Part shown: positions 51,489-56,567 of the stretch, piece after piece
Position numbering within the stretch: position 1 is the first letter of the stretch
How the letters are laid out: each line of letters starts with the position of its first letter
Assembly: GCA_023247055.1 (NCBI GenBank)
Contig: JAHFHF010000013.1
Coordinates: 1 to 56,567, forward strand
Reading direction: 5' to 3'
Length of the DNA: 56,567 nucleotides
Source of the DNA: Candidatus Omnitrophota bacterium
Lineage (GTDB): Bacteria > Omnitrophota > Omnitrophia > Omnitrophales > Aquincolibacteriaceae
Made by a program: the position numbers and the translations under genes
The notes under the pieces: model-generated
The model's input: the letters and a program-made list of their open reading frames with translations, nothing else
Told to the model about the DNA's origin: nothing
Databases searched by the model: none

Positions 51489-52726
51489 TAGTATGCCAGT
51501 ACGGACGACAAAGAAACACGGTGGTCGGTGTATTCCTGGGAGGCAAAGTTGGAATGGCGGTGCAGGTGCTGGTAAGCCAACTCTAGTTCCAGCCACTCGT
51601 TCATGAGATAGCGGATACCATAGCGGCCGCCAAAACTTTGATCGCGGCGAAAGCCGGTTTGGCCGCCTGAGGTTTCACGCTCGGCATAGCCTTGCCGGAT
51701 ATAGTCAAAACCCGAAAAAAGCGTCCATCGCAGCCACGGCGAATATTCAATTCCGAAGCCAAGGCGGTGTTCGAGATAATAATTGACGCTGCCGAAAGTC
51801 GCTTCGACCGGTTCGCGCCCGGCGGTTGCGACCAGGGTAAGATCGGGACGGATTTTATATTCGGCCCAAATGTCGGCCACAAACGAATTAAAATCGTTCT
51901 CCGCGGACGCGCCATAATTACGGAATTGCAAACCGCCGCGGACTTTGACGCGGAGATTCGGCATGATCTCGCCGTCAAGACCCGCCCTGACCTGCTGGAA
52001 AGTACCTGCACGCGCGTGATTGTCATCATAGTCGATCTGAGCGATTTGATACTCCAGGAGAGCCTTAAGACGCGCAAAAAGATCGTAATAAAGCACCCCG
52101 GTCCAGGCTCTTTCTTCAAAATCGAGATTGTCATTCACCTGACGGCGGAAATCACGGATAAAATACCGGAAAGCCCCTTCAAACGTGAAGCGTTTCCAGT
52201 GATAGCCAATCTTGGGATGGATGGACTGGTCGTAGCGCGGAATTCTGTCCGTAAACGTCGTGCCGGCACGGCTGGAAGTTTCACTGAAACGCTCTAGAAC
52301 ATTGACGTACCAGGATGGAAACCGGAAATCGGCCAGCGCAAAAAAATTCTGATTTTGGTCATTTTGGTTATGATGCCTGGATTTTGAAAAAATTTCGAAG
52401 TCGGCCTCATAACCGGCCACGATCTGGTGTTTATTGATGGGCAATTCCACGATCACGCCAGGCTGGATATTATAAATGACATCTTCGCGGGCATCCGTAT
52501 CTTCAAGCAGGATATTGCTGTCATACGTAGCAGAACTGCGCAGGCTGGGATGAATTCGCAGGGGGCCTGATTTGATCCGGCTGGGCTTTGTTTTCACAAA
52601 ACGTTTTTCGCCAAACTCCTCAATCGCGTCCAGGAGTTTAAAATCCGCATAGGCCGTAAACGTCCGGCCCAGGAATAGCGATAGAAACAACAGGGGAAAA
52701 ACCCGGAAAGTTCTTAAAAAACGCAT
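51488..52726 (-). CDS. Outer-membrane beta-barrel protein associated with the EPS locus
   Basis: Signal peptide, alternating amphipathic beta-strand pattern, and a C-terminal aromatic residue (SSVLAY). Confidence 0.65.
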   Translation of the reverse strand: MRFLRTFRVFPLLFLSLFLGRTFTAYADFKLLDAIEEFGEKRFVKTKPSRIKSGPLRIHPSLRSSATYDSNILLEDTDAREDVIYNIQPGVIVELPINKHQIVAGYEADFEIFSKSRHHNQNDQNQNFFALADFRFPSWYVNVLERFSETSSRAGTTFTDRIPRYDQSIHPKIGYHWKRFTFEGAFRYFIRDFRRQVNDNLDFEERAWTGVLYYDLFARLKALLEYQIAQIDYDDNHARAGTFQQVRAGLDGEIMPNLRVKVRGGLQFRNYGASAENDFNSFVADIWAEYKIRPDLTLVATAGREPVEATFGSVNYYLEHRLGFGIEYSPWLRWTLFSGFDYIRQGYAERETSGGQTGFRRDQSFGGRYGIRYLMNEWLELELAYQHLHRHSNFASQEYTDHRVSLSSVLAY

Positions 52727-53193
52727 TAGCTGATCGTGCTGGCTTGGATGCTGCGTGAATCGGGGTCGGGGTCTTGGTCGGAGGGAACACCGGTCGGGTC
52801 GGCATCGGCCGTAGGCTCAGCCGCAGCTGCCGGAGCACCGGAAATCGGATATTCTTTTCCGTCGATCGTCAGCAGGCCGGAAGTCTCGCCGCAACTCAGC
52901 GTTGCCGAACTTCCGCCGCCGACAGACTGACCGCTTCCAAAACAGCCCATTTGAACGTTGTCACCGGATCCGGTTTGAACTTTAATGCTGCCGTTAAACA
53001 CTTCAAGGGTAGCTCCCTGAGGGATCTCGGGAATAGGGTCTCCGTTTTCAAGCAAGGTCACATCGCCATCCGGAAGCGTGATGATCAAAGTGCCGGTAAA
53101 GCTGGGAGCAATCGTCACTTGGGCCCGAAGCACAGGCAGACTGCCCGTCATCAATACCGCGACGAGCAGGATTTTTTGGATCAACTTCATCAT
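52726..53193 (-). CDS. Small secreted protein with an acidic Pro/Asp-rich tail
   Basis: Signal peptide (LPVLRAQV), a Gly/Ser-rich beta region and a PTADADPTGVPSDQDPDPD tail. Confidence 0.55.
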   Translation of the reverse strand: MMKLIQKILLVAVLMTGSLPVLRAQVTIAPSFTGTLIITLPDGDVTLLENGDPIPEIPQGATLEVFNGSIKVQTGSGDNVQMGCFGSGQSVGGGSSATLSCGETSGLLTIDGKEYPISGAPAAAAEPTADADPTGVPSDQDPDPDSRSIQASTIS

Positions 53194-53259
53194 TCCCCTC
53201 CGAAATAAAAGGCTTATAACCTTATCGGCTCATTTCAAACGGTCTAAAGCTGGCCTCAT

Positions 53260-56200
53260 TTACGGGAATTGTAGTCCATTGACTTCAAACTGTAAACTGC
53301 CGATCTCATCACCGGCATTGACCGAGGTCTGATCGACTACAAAGTTAATCCGTTTTACTTTGGTAAGATCGACGCTTGAGGCCAGGAGAGATGCCAAGAA
53401 TTGGTAATACCGCGCTGTCGAGTCTATGCCTGTGGCATAGAGAATAGCGCGCTTGCCGTCAGCATCGTCAATTTCAATTTTGACCTTCTTGACCTTGGCG
53501 GAACTCAGACCAAAGGTAAGGTTGCTCAGCCCCGAAAGATCGGTTCCATCCGCATTGGTATTATCGGGATCAAAATTGATACTGAACCCGGCAAAACCAT
53601 TTCCAGTAATGTCATAATCAAGCTTTGTCACCGAGGGTGAGACGCGCGTGACATCCCCAGGAGTGCCCGAACTAAAAAACTGGGCTTCAGGATTTTCGGG
53701 CAGCGTGGAGAGGTCTCCGGAATCCAGGCTGGCATCCGGCGTCAGATTCTGCGAAGAGGGAAAATGCCGCAGGTTGATTGCCTGAATCAGAAAATCACCG
53801 CTCGTATCGCCTGTCGCGTTTTGATCAATAATAACGAAAACCTTTTGAACATTTTGCATGCGCGTTTCATTCGGCAAGCTGAGGACAACTTGTTTCGTGT
53901 CATCGCTCACGCTGAGATTGACCGTGCCGCTGTAGAGCAGCTGGTCGGTCGAGTCCTTCAGTTCGACTTTGAGCGAAACCGGCGAATCCACGGCGGTGTA
54001 AAGGATCGCCAGCTGGTTCGCGCGCGCATCATAGACCTGGTCCAGGTTCCAGAATTGGCCGCCAAAACCGCCGTTTAAGGCCTGGTAGTCAAACTGGACG
54101 CCGGTAATCTGGGTCTGCGAATTCGAGAAACTGTTAATCGAACCCTCGGACGTAAAGTTCTGCAGCACAGCCAGCGACCGGTCCGGAAATTCCGGCGGGG
54201 CGATGATGCTTGAAGCTGTTTTTGCGATGCTGATGTTCACGCTGTCATAAAGCGAATTGTAAGCCTGTTCAAAACCGCGATTCTGGAGATAGTGTTCAAA
54301 ATAATCCGGACTATTGCCTGCGAGCGCAATCACGGTCGAACCAATATCAATCCCGAAATAAAGATCGTTTGTTTCACCGTTCGAACGGGCCGAATCCAGG
54401 AAACCCCGGACGCCTAGCAAATCAGGAAGCTGGTTCTCAATCGCATCCATCCATTTCAAGACTGAAAGCGGGTCCAGCAAAAAGGCGCTAGCCAGCGCAT
54501 ACGTGGAACCTACATCCCCTACGACATCCAGATTGGTTTCAGCCACATCCCGAATACCGATGCGGCCAAAATAGTGTCCTTCCGGCGTGTCGCTAGCCGA
54601 CAAAATACCAGGGATCTGAAACTTCGCGGCATAATCCGTCTGTGTTGCAAGGTGGTTATAAAGCGCGTTACGGAACTGGATAAAATTGCGTTCGTCATTG
54701 CGCAGCAACGGCCAAAAAGTCTGAAAAGCGCCGCCTTCGAACGTGGCCAGATTGCGGACAGAGTTTCCGTTGATATCGGTGTAATCTACAAGCGGAATCT
54801 CCATATTCGTCCAAACTGTTGCGGGCAGGCTGGGATAACGGACCAGCAGAAACGCGATGGCGCCGCGAAATTCCGTCGCAAGGCGGTCGATATGGGCCTG
54901 GAAATGATTAATATTCTTTTCATAAGAGCCGTAAAAAAGTCCAAGATTTGTATCGACAAGCGCTTGGTAACCCGGTGCCTGATTATCAAGAAACGTATTC
55001 ACGTTGGCAATAATGCCAGCGCGGACGGTTTGCTGCGCCGTGGTCAGGGACGCATTTTCAAGAGCCCCGATCATCACCGCAAGACTCTGCGCCAAAGCGG
55101 CATTATCCCCAAGACCGAATGACTCCTCCGGGTCAAGCACCGGGTCAAGATCAAACCATGGAAGAAGCCCATTCCAACCATGCTGAGTCTGGACGTTGAG
55201 AAGGCTGTTGGCAACGGCATTGGCTTCAGCCAACGCTTGGTCGACCGTGAGCCCCATGTCCACCTGACCGTTGACCGCTTCACCCAAAATCTGGGCATAG
55301 AAACCAATGAGCGTCGGCTGGGTAAATTTCTGGCCATTGTCGGTGGTGCCATTTGAGTTCATGCGGTCATACGGAAAATGCGTCACAGGATCGATCCCCG
55401 CGCCTGGTCCAAAGTAACTTGCACCCCGGTCCAGCAGCAAGTCTTTCACATCCAAAAGCGCCTGCGGAGCGACGACGGGATTAAAATCGAGCCCCTTGAC
55501 TTGAATTTGAAGAAGCCCTTGCGGCATCCCCGGCGAAAATTCTTGATCTTCAACAAATGTCACCTTAGCAATGTGCTGGCGGTCAAATCCGGCAGGAATA
55601 TTTTCGCCCGACAATGTTAAAGTGTAATTCTGATAAACATTTTGCAAGTTAAGGACAAAGAAAGCTTCTTCTCCGCTTTCATCGACTAAAACAACCCCGG
55701 CCTGTGATCCGGCGTGTCCCCGCGCAGCAATCACAAAACTTTCAGGCAAGTTGGCGCGAGTCCCTGTTGAATTGGCAAGCGTCATGAAAGTAAAGCTTTC
55801 GGGTCCGGCAGAAAGATCATACTCCATCTCAATTTCATTGCCGCTCAACAGCTTAAGATAAACGGCCGCCGGTTGCCCTAAAGGATCCACATTGCCGGAT
55901 CCACCGCTTAACCCCGGATCATTATCAAAGGTTGAAAGCTGGGCTTGATTAAAAACAGACCCGTTGAGCACCGGCGTAAAATCAAGACCCCTGGTCTCAA
56001 TCACCACGGTCTGGGCCGTCGTACCCATATTCGCACTATCCGCCACAAATACAATCCGCGTCAACGCGTTCGTCAAAAAGCCCGAAGGAATGTTCTCGCC
56101 TGAAAGATCCAGTGTATAGTTCTGTTTCGCGCCCGTTCCAATCAGATAGAAATTCGCTTTACGATCGTTCTTGTCCTGCACTTCGACTTTGAGTCTCTTC

Positions 56201-56567
56201 CCGTTTGCAATCGTCGCCGCAAGGACAAGCGTCGTCAAGGTCTGGAACCCATTAAAGCCTGCCGTCACGTATTCAAAATCAACGGCATCCGGCGTCGTGC
56301 TCGTAAAGGAAAAGTTTTTCGTATCCGCCTGCGTCAGGCTGATCGTCGCGTCATTGTCCGTATCATCCGGACCTTCGCCCGTTGCAAGCACCGGAGTGCC
56401 GGGCAAGTCTGTCAGGTTCGCCTGCATAAACGACGTGCCGGTTACCGCAGGAATAAAATCAAGGCCCTTGGTCTCAATCACAACAGTCTCAGCCGCAGCA
56501 CCTATATTCGCATTGTCCGCCACAAAGACGATCTGCGATAAAGCGTTCGTCAAAAAGCCCACGGGAA
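53260..56567 (-). CDS. Giant secreted protein, partial (N-terminus beyond window end): repeated beta-sandwich-like modules flanking a putative (alpha/alpha)6 glycoside-hydrolase-like domain
   Basis: The reading frame is open to the window end. At least five modules end in a motif like VFVADxANxG...VVIETxGLDFxP. The central region has GWNGLLPWFDL and GFLDSARSNGETNDLYFGIDIGSTVIAL, reminiscent of the glucoamylase-like/GH144 family (YGF.D..N...IDQGP). Confidence 0.65.
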   Translation of the reverse strand, partial: PVGFLTNALSQIVFVADNANIGAAAETVVIETKGLDFIPAVTGTSFMQANLTDLPGTPVLATGEGPDDTDNDATISLTQADTKNFSFTSTTPDAVDFEYVTAGFNGFQTLTTLVLAATIANGKRLKVEVQDKNDRKANFYLIGTGAKQNYTLDLSGENIPSGFLTNALTRIVFVADSANMGTTAQTVVIETRGLDFTPVLNGSVFNQAQLSTFDNDPGLSGGSGNVDPLGQPAAVYLKLLSGNEIEMEYDLSAGPESFTFMTLANSTGTRANLPESFVIAARGHAGSQAGVVLVDESGEEAFFVLNLQNVYQNYTLTLSGENIPAGFDRQHIAKVTFVEDQEFSPGMPQGLLQIQVKGLDFNPVVAPQALLDVKDLLLDRGASYFGPGAGIDPVTHFPYDRMNSNGTTDNGQKFTQPTLIGFYAQILGEAVNGQVDMGLTVDQALAEANAVANSLLNVQTQHGWNGLLPWFDLDPVLDPEESFGLGDNAALAQSLAVMIGALENASLTTAQQTVRAGIIANVNTFLDNQAPGYQALVDTNLGLFYGSYEKNINHFQAHIDRLATEFRGAIAFLLVRYPSLPATVWTNMEIPLVDYTDINGNSVRNLATFEGGAFQTFWPLLRNDERNFIQFRNALYNHLATQTDYAAKFQIPGILSASDTPEGHYFGRIGIRDVAETNLDVVGDVGSTYALASAFLLDPLSVLKWMDAIENQLPDLLGVRGFLDSARSNGETNDLYFGIDIGSTVIALAGNSPDYFEHYLQNRGFEQAYNSLYDSVNISIAKTASSIIAPPEFPDRSLAVLQNFTSEGSINSFSNSQTQITGVQFDYQALNGGFGGQFWNLDQVYDARANQLAILYTAVDSPVSLKVELKDSTDQLLYSGTVNLSVSDDTKQVVLSLPNETRMQNVQKVFVIIDQNATGDTSGDFLIQAINLRHFPSSQNLTPDASLDSGDLSTLPENPEAQFFSSGTPGDVTRVSPSVTKLDYDITGNGFAGFSINFDPDNTNADGTDLSGLSNLTFGLSSAKVKKVKIEIDDADGKRAILYATGIDSTARYYQFLASLLASSVDLTKVKRINFVVDQTSVNAGDEIGSLQFEVNGLQFP

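Noticed and set aside
1-56567. Mobile elements, prophage, defence islands, tRNA/rRNA genes
   Set aside because: I scanned both strands. There were no transposase, integrase, RT, Cas or restriction-like motifs, no cloverleaf-like tRNA candidates in the intergenic gaps, and no gap large enough for an rRNA. The window looks like core chromosome.

Overview
Gene-dense 56.6-kb chromosomal segment from a diderm (Gram-negative-type) bacterium, inferred from the Mla system, a Wza-type exporter and an outer-membrane beta-barrel. Nearly everything from 1.7 kb to the window end is on the minus strand; only four + strand genes were called. I saw no rRNA, tRNA, CRISPR array, transposase, integrase or phage genes. 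Gene order: plsC (partial) | DUF59 and TPR proteins | 1063-aa secreted protein of unknown function | divergent gshA/gshB | truncated dcw cluster mraZ-STAS-rsmH-ftsL-ftsI | COG1579 zinc-ribbon protein | ParA-CBM48 fusion with two unknown partners | nadD-proA-proB-obg and rpmA-rplU | C-N hydrolase, DUF547 protein, TlpA-like protein, trxB | DUF151 nuclease plus a 722-aa coiled-coil protein | long run rsbW-like kinase-STAS-mlaE-mlaF-mlaD-CHASE2/PP2C phosphatase-FecR-like-TIGR04073-like-ferredoxin | ribBA-ribH-nusB-ribD-ribE | BTLCP/LapG-like protease | Wzx/Wzy-type exopolysaccharide locus ending in a giant secreted repeat protein (partial). The candidates I rate highest are: (1) two tandem c-di-GMP-I (GEMM-I) riboswitch aptamers upstream of the LapG-family protease; (2) a complete partner-switching module (kinase, phosphorylatable STAS, CHASE2-PP2C phosphatase) wrapped around mlaEFD with no sigma factor nearby; (3) a ParA/MinD ATPase fused to an AMPK-beta-type glycogen-binding domain, coupled to a P-loop-less ParA-like protein and an orphan protein; (4) a 90-103-nt element present twice, with a conserved core, a variable inner hairpin and a 24-bp outer stem kept by compensatory changes; (5) REP-like GTAG-headed hairpin clusters at four operon-internal junctions; (6) a heptad-repeat palindrome in the plsC/DUF59 divergent promoter region. 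All family assignments come from motif recognition by eye. No database search was run.
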